Below, in pieces: positions 33,889 to 43,410 of a stretch of 64,000 bases of DNA. Made by a program: the position numbers and the translations under genes. The notes under the pieces are model-generated. The model worked only from the letters and a program-made list of their open reading frames with translations, did not search any database and had not been told where the DNA came from. The stretch covers positions 94,041 through 158,040 of the forward strand of contig CAYMZD010000003.1 in NCBI GenBank assembly GCA_964394855.1, written 5' to 3'. Position 1 is the stretch's first letter. Each line of letters starts with the position of its first letter. The DNA is from an uncultured Gammaproteobacteria bacterium. Its GTDB lineage: Bacteria > Patescibacteriota > Microgenomatia > Daviesbacterales > UBA10151.

Positions 33889-35862
33889 TTATTCTTTTTT
33901 ACATATAAAAATATAGTTGGGAATTATTTTAATAAATAAATTAAATATATATTTTGGGATGATTTTTAAAATTGGTTCATATTTTAAAAGTGATACAAAA
34001 TTATATTTTTTAGGGTTTTTTAAAATATCAGCTGTTAAATTATAAATTTTAAATTGGTGGAATAACTTTTTCAGTTGCGGATAAGTTAAATAGTAAGCAG
34101 GATAATATTCACTTTTAAGGAAGTGTGCTATTTTTATAGCTAAACTAAGTGGTAGGAAGTGTATTAGAGGCAGCCTGCTTTGTCCTTCCAGAAGGGTAAG
34201 TTTATTCCTTGCTCCCACAAAACAAATCCCTCCTTTTTTTAGAACCCTATATATTTCTTTTACTAACTGTTCTTGGTCATTAACGAACTCATAGATCTGA
34301 TTAGCTATGACCACATCAAATTGATTATTTCTAAAATCCAAATTTAGTGAATTCATAACTTTAAAAGTTAAATTATTTTTTTTATATGACTTTTGGGCTA
34401 ATGTAAGAGCTTTTGCGTCAATATCAATACCTACGACCTTTTTAAATAGAGAGCTCAACATATTGGTAATAACTCCCGTTGAGCAACCAATATCCAAACA
34501 GGTTAAATTTTTACATTTTTTCAAGTTGTCTGCTTCCATAAATTGTTGTAAAACACCCGTAATTTGTTGACCAATTACTTGGCGCTCGCTAACTTTGAGC
34601 ATTTTAGGAACAGTTTGAGTATAACTTGGAGGTTCTGCTCTTTTATTAATAATCTCCTCAAATAACTTTGAGTATTGCCTGCCAATAGCCGGCCAAAAAA
34701 ATCTATTTAAAACTTCGCTTCTGGCATTTTTACCTAAACTTTCCCTCATTTTTTTAGAGGAAATAAGTTGCGAAAGCGTATAAGCAATTTCTTGAGCATT
34801 TTTTTCAGGTATTAAAATCCCACTTTTCCGGTTGTTTATCACTACTCTATATCCCGGGAAGTCTGTTGTTACCACTGGCAAACCACAAGCCATGGCCTCT
34901 ACTACTGAAACTGACTGATCATCCAGATTTCCTTTTTCGTCTCTGACTGAAGGCAGTATAAAAATATCAGCCATGTTATAGAAATTTTTTAAGTGTTTAT
35001 AATCTACACTTCCGGGGAGGAAAAAAAATTCAGATAGTTCCTCCTTTTTAATCAGGCCTTCCAGTTCTTCTCTTTGATCGCCCTCACCTACAATTACAAA
35101 AATCACTTTTTTGTTTTTTTGTAAAATCTTGGGGGCTGCTTCTATTAAATACCTAAATCCCTTTTTGGCAACTAATCTGCCAACCCCTAAAATAATTATC
35201 TTATTATCTGATATACCAAGTTTTTTTCGTAAAACTAATCCATTTTTCAAATCAGGATGAAATTTTTTTGGATCAACTCCATAAATAATAGTAGAAAATT
35301 TTTTTCTGTCGGCTCCTAAATTTTCTAAATCTTGTAATAGTTGGGGGCTGTTACTGGTGATGGCTGAAGAAATAAAACTTGCAAAATGAGCACAAAGTTT
35401 AAATAAAAAGTTTTTTTGAGCGATATAAACATCAGACCCAGGAAGAGTAGAAACAAGAGGAACTCCTGTCAATAAAGAAACGAAACTTGCCAAAAATCCA
35501 TTAGGTAAAATCCAGTGGGCACTGATAATATCAATTTTTTCTTTCTTTACAAGTAAAAAAAGATTAAAGATTTCGAAAAGGAAAAAAAGTGGGGCTAAAA
35601 TATAAACAAGAGGCTTTAACCTCACGTCGTTTTTTAGAGTGTTAGAAAATCCTAAAATGTGTAACTTATTGGGGAAAATGTATTTAAAGGTCCTTAATTT
35701 ATACGGCCTTTTTATATTTATTTGGAAATCTGTAGAAAATGGTGTTAAAACAAAAACTTCGTTCCCCGCAAAGGTTAATCCTGATGCCAAACCTTCCATA
35801 AAAGGAGCGGCACTATCTCCAGGAAATCGAGGAAAGGTATGAGTCAATATGCAAATTTTCAT
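33889..35862 (-). CDS. GT4 glycosyltransferase fused to a C-terminal SAM methyltransferase
   Basis: N-terminal ~405 aa: AHWILPNG, VGRLVAKKG, VEAMACGLPVV; C-terminal: LDIGCSTG, GIDID, EIYRVLKKGG. Confidence 0.88.
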   Translation of the reverse strand: MKICILTHTFPRFPGDSAAPFMEGLASGLTFAGNEVFVLTPFSTDFQINIKRPYKLRTFKYIFPNKLHILGFSNTLKNDVRLKPLVYILAPLFFLFEIFNLFLLVKKEKIDIISAHWILPNGFLASFVSLLTGVPLVSTLPGSDVYIAQKNFLFKLCAHFASFISSAITSNSPQLLQDLENLGADRKKFSTIIYGVDPKKFHPDLKNGLVLRKKLGISDNKIIILGVGRLVAKKGFRYLIEAAPKILQKNKKVIFVIVGEGDQREELEGLIKKEELSEFFFLPGSVDYKHLKNFYNMADIFILPSVRDEKGNLDDQSVSVVEAMACGLPVVTTDFPGYRVVINNRKSGILIPEKNAQEIAYTLSQLISSKKMRESLGKNARSEVLNRFFWPAIGRQYSKLFEEIINKRAEPPSYTQTVPKMLKVSERQVIGQQITGVLQQFMEADNLKKCKNLTCLDIGCSTGVITNMLSSLFKKVVGIDIDAKALTLAQKSYKKNNLTFKVMNSLNLDFRNNQFDVVIANQIYEFVNDQEQLVKEIYRVLKKGGICFVGARNKLTLLEGQSRLPLIHFLPLSLAIKIAHFLKSEYYPAYYLTYPQLKKLFHQFKIYNLTADILKNPKKYNFVSLLKYEPILKIIPKYIFNLFIKIIPNYIFICKKE

Positions 35863-35898
35863 ATTGAGATTATATCTTAAAAAGTATTATTGGTGTAA

Positions 35899-36444
35899 TT
35901 ATTTTAGAAGTTGCAGCAGTTTTTCAATTTGATCATTCATTGCCATAAGTTTTTGCTTTGTTTCTTCATCAGCCTGTTTTTCTAATAGAACGAGGTATTT
36001 TTTCGTTTTTTGTAATCTATCAGTCATTTCTATATTTATTGGGGCGGGAGTTTTTTCTTTCCTAGCCTTTTCTATATTAACTCCAGCTTCATTTAGTTGC
36101 TTTAACCCCTTATCAATAGTTTTTAATGCTGGACCTTTTTTATTTTCCTTCAATAACTTCTCTACTTCAAAAAGCCTTTTGGTGACAAGAGTAGTTTGAT
36201 AATTTGCTTTTTGTCCTGCCCCAAAGACAATCCACCCCCTGGCATTTTCTTTTAATTCTTTCAAAAAATATAGTGGATCCTCTATTGTTTTACCTGCCGC
36301 CAAAGGCCAAAAAACGGCATTGGGATTAAACTCCCCTTCTTCAGAAATATTTTCTTGGGCCAGGGCAAAATTAGCTGAAAAAGCAGCAATAATGGTGACA
36401 AGAAAAAGTAATACAGTTATAAAAAGGGGGTTAATTTTCACCAT
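35899..36444 (-). CDS. Exported helical protein, DUF5667-like
   Basis: Signal peptide (..FALAQE); GKTIEDPLYFLKELKE..KA..KRLFE. Confidence 0.7.
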   Translation of the reverse strand: MVKINPLFITVLLFLVTIIAAFSANFALAQENISEEGEFNPNAVFWPLAAGKTIEDPLYFLKELKENARGWIVFGAGQKANYQTTLVTKRLFEVEKLLKENKKGPALKTIDKGLKQLNEAGVNIEKARKEKTPAPINIEMTDRLQKTKKYLVLLEKQADEETKQKLMAMNDQIEKLLQLLK

Positions 36445-36446
36445 TC

Positions 36447-37361
36447 TTAATGATTATAACGTCCTTCAAAAGATGAGTCAAGTAGTTTATCTAAGATCAG
36501 CAAGACAAACCCCAAAACAAAGACCTCTACCAGCAGGAGTACCACTCTAAATATGATTGCTATAATACCTGCTATTCCAAAAGGAATGTAAGATGAAAGT
36601 AGTGTCGCTATTGAGGCTTCTTGAACTCCTAATCCGGAAGGGGCAAAAACTGTTAAGTAACCTAAAATCCAAGATGTTGTAAAAATTCCTATAAAAATAA
36701 ATAAGAAAGTCATAGGTAAGTTGGCAATACTATTTGCCAGAATAAGCAGGGTTAATCCAGCAAAAAAATATTGCATAAATATTGTTAAAAATAAAAAGGG
36801 GACTACTCTAAGCGATATCTTTAGTGATTTTAAAATCTTAAATTTTTTACTTACTTCAAGTTTACCAAATATATAAATGAAAAGCGGTATCATTGCCAAA
36901 ATAGCGAGCATCCAAATTAATTTGTCTACTGGTATTATTGAGGGGGTGGATAAAAAGAATATCATTATTATGAGTGCACCAGTGGCCAAATTAAAAATCG
37001 CTTCTAATAAAACGGCTGTAGTCGCTTCAACCTTACTGACACCATGCTGACCCAAAAGATAAATCCTACTTGGATATTGCCAAAATCCTCCTGGCAAGAA
37101 ACGGGCCGCATTTGATATTAACCAAAGCCTTAAATTTTTTTTAAAAGCTATTTTTATACCAACGGTTTTTGTAATTAAATGCCAAGTTAAAACATTAAAA
37201 AAATAAATCGGCAAAGCTATTATCATAGTTAATATCAAATTAATTACATTCAGGTTTAAAATGTGAAATTTAATTTGATCCCATTCTCCAAATATGCGGG
37301 ATGCCAATAAAATAAAAATTAAGCTAACAAAGAATAATGAAAATAATTTTTTAAAATTCAT
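36447..37361 (-). CDS. Lysylphosphatidylglycerol-synthase-TM (UPF0104) flippase-like membrane protein
   Basis: SNAARFLPGG, APSGLGVQEA, about 8 TM. Confidence 0.8.
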   Translation of the reverse strand: MNFKKLFSLFFVSLIFILLASRIFGEWDQIKFHILNLNVINLILTMIIALPIYFFNVLTWHLITKTVGIKIAFKKNLRLWLISNAARFLPGGFWQYPSRIYLLGQHGVSKVEATTAVLLEAIFNLATGALIIMIFFLSTPSIIPVDKLIWMLAILAMIPLFIYIFGKLEVSKKFKILKSLKISLRVVPFLFLTIFMQYFFAGLTLLILANSIANLPMTFLFIFIGIFTTSWILGYLTVFAPSGLGVQEASIATLLSSYIPFGIAGIIAIIFRVVLLLVEVFVLGFVLLILDKLLDSSFEGRYNH

Positions 37362-38475
37362 TGATGATATTTTTAATTAATTGGCTACTTAAATCTATAG
37401 AGCGTCTCCAAGAAAAACGATTACTCCATTTAATTGCCTGGTTTTTCATCTTTTCATATTTTTTTTCATCTTGCAAGATAGATAAAACTTGTTCTGCTAG
37501 TTTCTCTGGAGTATGAACCTGGCACAATATACCACTGTAATCATTTTTGATGGAATCTACCAAACCCGCTGATTCATATGCTACCACCGGTACTCCACAT
37601 GCATTAGCTTCTATATTAACCAGTCCCCAGCCTTCATGGGCAGATGGATTAATTAAGATATGTGCTTTTGACAGGAGTTTAAACTTTTTCTCCTGGGAAA
37701 CAAAACCCCAAAATTTAATTTTATGACTTAATTTTAACTTTCTAACAAGCTCTTTAATTTGGTGACCATATTTTTCTGTTTCTGGTTTTCCGATAACCCA
37801 AAAAATAAAATTCCCTTTTTGATGAAGGATAGAAAAACATTTGATAGCATCTTCAATACCCTTATCCTTTGACAAAATTCCCAAATAAACTATTGTTTTA
37901 ACTTTTGACTTTTTCCTTTTAACTTTTAACTTCTTAATAACTACTCCATGAGGAACAACTGTAATATTCTTCTTGGGGATGCCAAATTTAGCCACATCCT
38001 CTTTTGCAGAGTGAGATCCTGTCATAAAATGAACTTTTCTATAAAATAAAAAAACCAGTGGTTCTCCCAAATAACCAATTACTCCTATTATCCAGTTTAG
38101 GGGCTTGGGAAGTGGATTTAAAAACCAAACCGCCTTGGCCACTTCTTGAATAACTGCCAATTTTGGCTTTCTCACATAAAGTGGAGTTAAAAATGGCAAA
38201 CCATGAAACTGATCTACCACCAAATCAAATTTTTTTCTATTCCTTAAATAATAAAAAAAACCAGCCAACTGAACACCCAGATATTGATAGCCTTGTCGCA
38301 CAATATCTATACCATCTATCCCCTCCTCTGTTACTAAATTATTTAATCGGGAAGAAAAAAGAGTCACCTTGTGACCTACCTTCACCCACCCCTTCATATG
38401 TTCGTGCATCACCTGTTCCGCCCCCCCTGCCAATGGATGGCGGGGGTCTCTCCAGGAAAAGACAAGGATGTTCAT
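37351..38475 (-). CDS. GT4 glycosyltransferase
   Basis: WRDPRHPLAGGAE, EGWGLVNIEANACGVP. Confidence 0.92.
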   Translation of the reverse strand: MNILVFSWRDPRHPLAGGAEQVMHEHMKGWVKVGHKVTLFSSRLNNLVTEEGIDGIDIVRQGYQYLGVQLAGFFYYLRNRKKFDLVVDQFHGLPFLTPLYVRKPKLAVIQEVAKAVWFLNPLPKPLNWIIGVIGYLGEPLVFLFYRKVHFMTGSHSAKEDVAKFGIPKKNITVVPHGVVIKKLKVKRKKSKVKTIVYLGILSKDKGIEDAIKCFSILHQKGNFIFWVIGKPETEKYGHQIKELVRKLKLSHKIKFWGFVSQEKKFKLLSKAHILINPSAHEGWGLVNIEANACGVPVVAYESAGLVDSIKNDYSGILCQVHTPEKLAEQVLSILQDEKKYEKMKNQAIKWSNRFSWRRSIDLSSQLIKNIINEF

Positions 38476-39254
38476 ATCGAGGAAAAAAGGCGCGCGACAA
38501 TCTCGGTTTTACCTTTTTCCAGCGCGTGATTCCACCAAAAAATTGCTACCCCCGTAGATGGTTCTTTTTTAGCTTCATTAAATGCTTTTGTGATTTCTTC
38601 TTCTGTCATTAAATCCGGCAAATCATCCGGCATATCTTTAATTTGAATAATAGGCAAAACCGGCTTACCAGTACTATTTACCATCCAATCAACATATTCC
38701 GAAATATAGGAAATATTTTTTTTGAGCATCCGATGATAAAGCATGGGAGAAAAAAAATCAAAGACTTGGGAAAGTGCTACATAATCTAAACCCAATGCTT
38801 TTTGTAAACTTGGTGCATCTTTAAAGGCTACTGCAAAAAGACCCATTTTTGCTCTACCTGCTATTTCTGAATTTAGCTCTTTTGATAGATTCAATATTGC
38901 TTCTTCTCTATCTACATTTTGGCAATATTGACAAGCTGGATGTGCCATCGACACATCTTCATCCTTTACATCAGTACAATCCCCACCAAAGCGAAGAAAA
39001 TCAAACCAAATCTCTTTTGGATTAAATTCCAAAGCTTTTCTGACTTTTTCTATCAAATTTTGTTTGACAGATTTATCAAGTGGGCAATCATCTTTATTAA
39101 TAGAGGATATGGAAGTAGCTAAATCACAACCTAAATTTTGTAATTTCTGCCAAATTTCTTGATTTAGCCCCTCTAAAGTTATAATTAAATGATTAGCTCC
39201 GCTTTCTTTAATTCCCTCTAATCTGGTAGGATCTACAAAGATAGATTTAATCAC
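38472..39254 (-). CDS. Putative glycoside-hydrolase-like TIM barrel (GHL10/DUF4015-like)
   Basis: IWFDFLRF, LGLDY..L..VFDFFSPMLYH, PVLPIIQ, GVAIFWW; GTG start with TATAAT 7 nt upstream. Confidence 0.55.
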   Translation of the reverse strand: MIKSIFVDPTRLEGIKESGANHLIITLEGLNQEIWQKLQNLGCDLATSISSINKDDCPLDKSVKQNLIEKVRKALEFNPKEIWFDFLRFGGDCTDVKDEDVSMAHPACQYCQNVDREEAILNLSKELNSEIAGRAKMGLFAVAFKDAPSLQKALGLDYVALSQVFDFFSPMLYHRMLKKNISYISEYVDWMVNSTGKPVLPIIQIKDMPDDLPDLMTEEEITKAFNEAKKEPSTGVAIFWWNHALEKGKTEIVARLFSSI

Positions 39255-39272
39255 TTAAGTTATTATAATATA

Positions 39273-40289
39273 TTACCCCCCAATAATTCCCCTTAAGGCG
39301 GTGTAGGGGTGGGTTTTAAAAGCGCGCCATAAATAAACCGGCGCCACTAAATGCCCCGATCTTAAATGTCCCAAAAACAATCCGTAGTAGGCATCAGCCA
39401 AACCTTTGGGATAGGGTGCACTTTCACGCCTGATCCTGGCTGCTTCACGAAAACGGTCTAAGGCTTCATCTAATGAACCACCACGGAGTCTTCTCTCTCC
39501 CAATAAAAGATGCTGATGAGCTAAGGGGCCAAGGTTAGCTGGATTAGCTTCTAACTGTTTGCTGGAAAATTCTCCTGCCTCTTGAATATGTTTATCAGCG
39601 CCCCCTATATCACCTTGCCTCATGAAACATCTGGCTACCCAAGCATGGCCTAAGGCCAATTTGCCATTTCTGTTGGGATCATCTATACCTTCATCCATCC
39701 CCAGTGCTTCTTGAAAGTGTCTGATGGCCCGAGATAAGTTTCTCTCTTGCCTTACCCCCATGACTGCCAAGCCATATTCTGCCCGACCAATAAAATGTTT
39801 TGTGGTAGAATTTAGTTCTTTTATTTTGATAGTCCAATCCCTTTGAGGAAAAGAGGAAAGCTCTCTCTCGGCATCTTGGAAATGAGATATCGATTCAAAA
39901 TAACCTAACTCATAATCAGCTAACCAACCTAATTTTTCTTCTCTTCTGGCCATTAACAACACCCTCTCTTGAGGTAATAATTCTAACTTAGTTAATTGAC
40001 CAAACTCTGTATTTAAAGTTTCCCTTGCCTGCCTAAATGCTCCTAAATTGATAAGTTGTTGAATAAATTCAAAGAAAGCCTCTCCCCTAGTTTCTGCATC
40101 TAGAACGGGATTTTGATATGTGGAAAAACAATGGATGGCTGCTTGATGAAAATCGTGCCGTCCTTCCCAATCTTTGGCTGTTTCTATACCCGCTCCATCT
40201 ACTTTATATAAACGGACTGAAGGACTAGCTTTCTCTAAAACACTCCTTGCCACCCAATGAATAAAACTGGCTTTAGCTTCTGCTAACAT
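39273..40289 (-). CDS. Hypothetical alpha-helical (TPR-like) protein
   Basis: Repeating A/L/G helical pattern (AIRHFQEAL, ALDRFREAARI, LADAYYGL). Confidence 0.6.
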   Translation of the reverse strand: MLAEAKASFIHWVARSVLEKASPSVRLYKVDGAGIETAKDWEGRHDFHQAAIHCFSTYQNPVLDAETRGEAFFEFIQQLINLGAFRQARETLNTEFGQLTKLELLPQERVLLMARREEKLGWLADYELGYFESISHFQDAERELSSFPQRDWTIKIKELNSTTKHFIGRAEYGLAVMGVRQERNLSRAIRHFQEALGMDEGIDDPNRNGKLALGHAWVARCFMRQGDIGGADKHIQEAGEFSSKQLEANPANLGPLAHQHLLLGERRLRGGSLDEALDRFREAARIRRESAPYPKGLADAYYGLFLGHLRSGHLVAPVYLWRAFKTHPYTALRGIIGG

Positions 40290-40305
40290 TTGGCAGTATT
40301 TTACC

Positions 40306-41058
40306 CTAGACTACCCGAAATTGCAAATTATGAGCCTTATCATAACTTCGCAAAATTTTTAATCTATAAAATACCTTTAAAGTATCCCAAGCCATCTTCA
40401 GTGAAGTATTCCATTTCACTCTGGTAGCACTTTTACTAAAAGTTACCTCAATGGGGGCTTCATAAATTCTTTTAAAGCCTAAATGTTTTGCCACCAATAA
40501 CATCTCAATATCCATGGCATAAGTATCTATCAGTAACCTTGGTAAAATTTTTTGTATGACTTTCCTTTTAAAAATTTTAATCCCCGATTGGGTATCAGTC
40601 AGTGGAAGACCAAATAAAAACTTTACCCCAAAATGATAACCAATACTTAAAATGTGTCTTAAAAAGGGATAATTTACTCTGGAAACCGGATGTCTTTTGG
40701 AACCAACAATAATATCGGCATTATACCATTCCATATGAGATAAAAGCATCATCACACCCTTGGGAGAAATATCACGACCGGCATCTAAAAAGGAAATTAA
40801 ATCTCCTTTGGCTTTTTGCATCCCGTATCTGACGGCAAAACCCTTACCTTTATTCTCCGGGTAGAATAAAATTTTAATTTTCCTGGATTTTATTTTTTGG
40901 GTTTCTTTTAAAGTTTTGTCAACTATCCCATCTACAACACAAATAATCTCAAAGCTTACCCCCTTTAAACCTATCTTTAAAACTTTTTCAATATTAAGAA
41001 GGTCTCTTCGAATTGTCTTTTCCTGTTTGTAGGCTGGGACCACCACCGATAATAACAT
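40306..41058 (-). CDS. GT2 dolichyl-phosphate glucose synthase-like glycosyltransferase
   Basis: SVVVPAYKQE, NKGKGFAVRYG, FLDAGRD, VGSKRHP, DTQSGIK, AMDIEML; ATG 41058 has TATACT 6 nt upstream. Confidence 0.87.
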   Translation of the reverse strand: MLLSVVVPAYKQEKTIRRDLLNIEKVLKIGLKGVSFEIICVVDGIVDKTLKETQKIKSRKIKILFYPENKGKGFAVRYGMQKAKGDLISFLDAGRDISPKGVMMLLSHMEWYNADIIVGSKRHPVSRVNYPFLRHILSIGYHFGVKFLFGLPLTDTQSGIKIFKRKVIQKILPRLLIDTYAMDIEMLLVAKHLGFKRIYEAPIEVTFSKSATRVKWNTSLKMAWDTLKVFYRLKILRSYDKAHNLQFRVV

Positions 41059-42280
41059 AGGCGAAGTATACACAAAGTGTACCCAGCAGTAAAGCTGCTG
41101 TCAAAATATTTATTTTTAATACTTCCAGGATAGAACTGTGCCTCAAATATAAAAGTATTGCTTGCATCGAAGCTGCAAAAACAAAAATGAAAACAACCTT
41201 AGGTTTGTCAATTGATAGAAAAAATTGTATGAAAAGCAAAGAAAGCGATAAAAGTGCCATGAATATGCCAAAAAGCCATAGCATGGGTGCACCTTGCAGA
41301 AACTCACTGCCATAAAGAATATTAATAAAGACCTGCGGTAGAAAATAATAAAATACAATTAAAGTTAGCGAAATTACTAATGTCAGAATTAAGCTAAAAA
41401 AGAATATTTTTTTTACCGACCGACCTTCTGAAAATTTCTTTGCTACAAAGGGGAACATCACCTGTAAGATTGGCGTTGAACCGAAAAAAATTATTCTCCC
41501 TAAAACAGATAGTGATGCATAAATACCTGCTTCTTGAGAAGATAAAAAATGCTTAACCAGGATTAAATCAGTAGAATACATGGAATTTAGCGCCAATCCC
41601 TGTAAAAGCACCGGAAATGAATATTTCGCCACAGGTAAAACTCTAGGCATTTTTTGCCTATTGCCTTCAAGATATGGAGCTAAAGAAATTCTGGTTATTA
41701 AAAAAACAAAAACAGCAGATAAAATTAAACTTACCACCGCCCCAAAAACTGCCCACCCCCAAAGAATAAATAAAACTGTCAAGGTAATTTTTAAAACTGC
41801 CTCCGAGATATAACTTATGGATAGAGTTTTAAATTTTAAAAGTCCTTGTAAAATTGAGCGGTGGATATAAATAATGGAAAAAAAGAATATAAAAATAGGC
41901 AAAATATAAATTGATATTTTAGGGTTAATATTTAAAAAATTAGCAATTAAGGGAGACAGTACCAGGAAAAGTACTGTTAGGAAGCCGGCCAACATTAAAC
42001 CCCAAAAGTGAAACCATTTAACGAAATTGGCAGTCGTATTTAATCTTTTTTGTTGAGCTATAAATTTTACAATAGTTAAACCTAAGGCCAGTTGGACAAT
42101 GCCGAAATATGTTATGACAGATATAATTGCAGCTAAATCACCATATAAAGCTTTACCCAATAATCTTCCTGCTAAAAAATGATAAATAAATTGACCCAAA
42201 TTATAAAAATTACTTCCCAAAAGCATAATAAAGCTGTTCGTTAAAAATTGGTTACGAAATAAGTTTGAAATTTTTTTCAT
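40994..42280 (-). CDS. Wzx/MOP-family oligosaccharide flippase
   Basis: About 12 TM, RLLG..LYG, DLILVKHFL..EAGIYA; ATGA coupling at 42277-42280. Confidence 0.88.
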   Translation of the reverse strand: MKKISNLFRNQFLTNSFIMLLGSNFYNLGQFIYHFLAGRLLGKALYGDLAAIISVITYFGIVQLALGLTIVKFIAQQKRLNTTANFVKWFHFWGLMLAGFLTVLFLVLSPLIANFLNINPKISIYILPIFIFFFSIIYIHRSILQGLLKFKTLSISYISEAVLKITLTVLFILWGWAVFGAVVSLILSAVFVFLITRISLAPYLEGNRQKMPRVLPVAKYSFPVLLQGLALNSMYSTDLILVKHFLSSQEAGIYASLSVLGRIIFFGSTPILQVMFPFVAKKFSEGRSVKKIFFFSLILTLVISLTLIVFYYFLPQVFINILYGSEFLQGAPMLWLFGIFMALLSLSLLFIQFFLSIDKPKVVFIFVFAASMQAILLYLRHSSILEVLKINILTAALLLGTLCVYFAYVIIGGGPSLQTGKDNSKRPS

Positions 42281-43410
42281 GATACCCAATACCCCCTGAT
42301 AAACATCATCGTTTCAAATCCTAACCATATAATTAAACTACTAAAAATTAATATTTTTAACCACAGAGAAAATCTATTCATCATTATAGCCAAACTCAAG
42401 AAACTGGGAAAAAGAATCAATACATATCTGGGAACGGAGGAAAAACTTCCCTGAATGGTTGGCAGTAAGAAACTAACTAAAGCAAAAATAAGATACGAGA
42501 GACGAATTTTTTGAAAAAATCCGTAAATTGGCAAAATAAAAAAAACTACTCCTACCACAAACTCCAACAATATGGTTGAATAAATAGGATTATAAAAATC
42601 AGTGGTAGTTAGCATTTTGATATATCTTAGATAAACTTGAGGTAAAAGCGTCAACCCTCCCTGATGTTGCTCTCCCACTATTTTTTGCAAATGATAAAAA
42701 GCCAATGGATCACCTGTTATCATCCATTGATAAACCATGTAAGATAACAAGCCAATGGGAATAATAAATATCCAAAAAAATTTTTTAATAGGGATTTTTT
42801 GTTGCCATAGTTCTATTAGATATGAAGGTAAAAGTATTAAGCCAAAAATTCTGGTGGCAGAAGAAATTGCTCCAAATACAGAGGATAGGAAAAAATTGTT
42901 TTGCCTTAAAAAATAAAAGCTGCTAACCATCAAGAGCAAAAAAAATGATTCATTATAGAGGGACCCAAAATAAAACGAGGTGGGAAAGATAAAAATTAAG
43001 ATAATTGTAAGACGTGCCACCTGCTCTGAATAATCTAATAAAATTAATTTATAAAGAATAAAAAGAGCCACTAAAAATGACAGATTAGAAATAACTAATC
43101 CTGCCACTACTAAATTTAATTGATTTATATCTACTAGAGAGGCTAAAAATCTCATTAACATTGGATAAACCGGAAAAAATGCTTGCTCCAACCCCCTATA
43201 ACCAATTTGGGCAATAGAGAGATAGTGCTCCCCATCAAAATTTCCCCAAGCAAAAAGCCAAGGAAAATTTAAGTAATTTTCATAACCCCCACCCAAAAAA
43301 TTTTTACCAGCAAGAGGGAAAAACACTAGTGCCACCAATAACACCAAAAATAAATAAACTCTCCAGATAAAAAATAATAAAATTATAAATTTAAGTTTTT
43401 TATTTTTCAC
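42277..43410 (-). CDS. PIG-V (GT76)-like GT-C mannosyltransferase
   Basis: WGNFDGEHYLSIAQIGY, AFFPVYP, YNESFF, ATRIFG, SVPRY; start GTG 43410 or ATG 43440. Confidence 0.8.
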   Translation of the reverse strand: MKNKKLKFIILLFFIWRVYLFLVLLVALVFFPLAGKNFLGGGYENYLNFPWLFAWGNFDGEHYLSIAQIGYRGLEQAFFPVYPMLMRFLASLVDINQLNLVVAGLVISNLSFLVALFILYKLILLDYSEQVARLTIILIFIFPTSFYFGSLYNESFFLLLMVSSFYFLRQNNFFLSSVFGAISSATRIFGLILLPSYLIELWQQKIPIKKFFWIFIIPIGLLSYMVYQWMITGDPLAFYHLQKIVGEQHQGGLTLLPQVYLRYIKMLTTTDFYNPIYSTILLEFVVGVVFFILPIYGFFQKIRLSYLIFALVSFLLPTIQGSFSSVPRYVLILFPSFLSLAIMMNRFSLWLKILIFSSLIIWLGFETMMFIRGYWVS

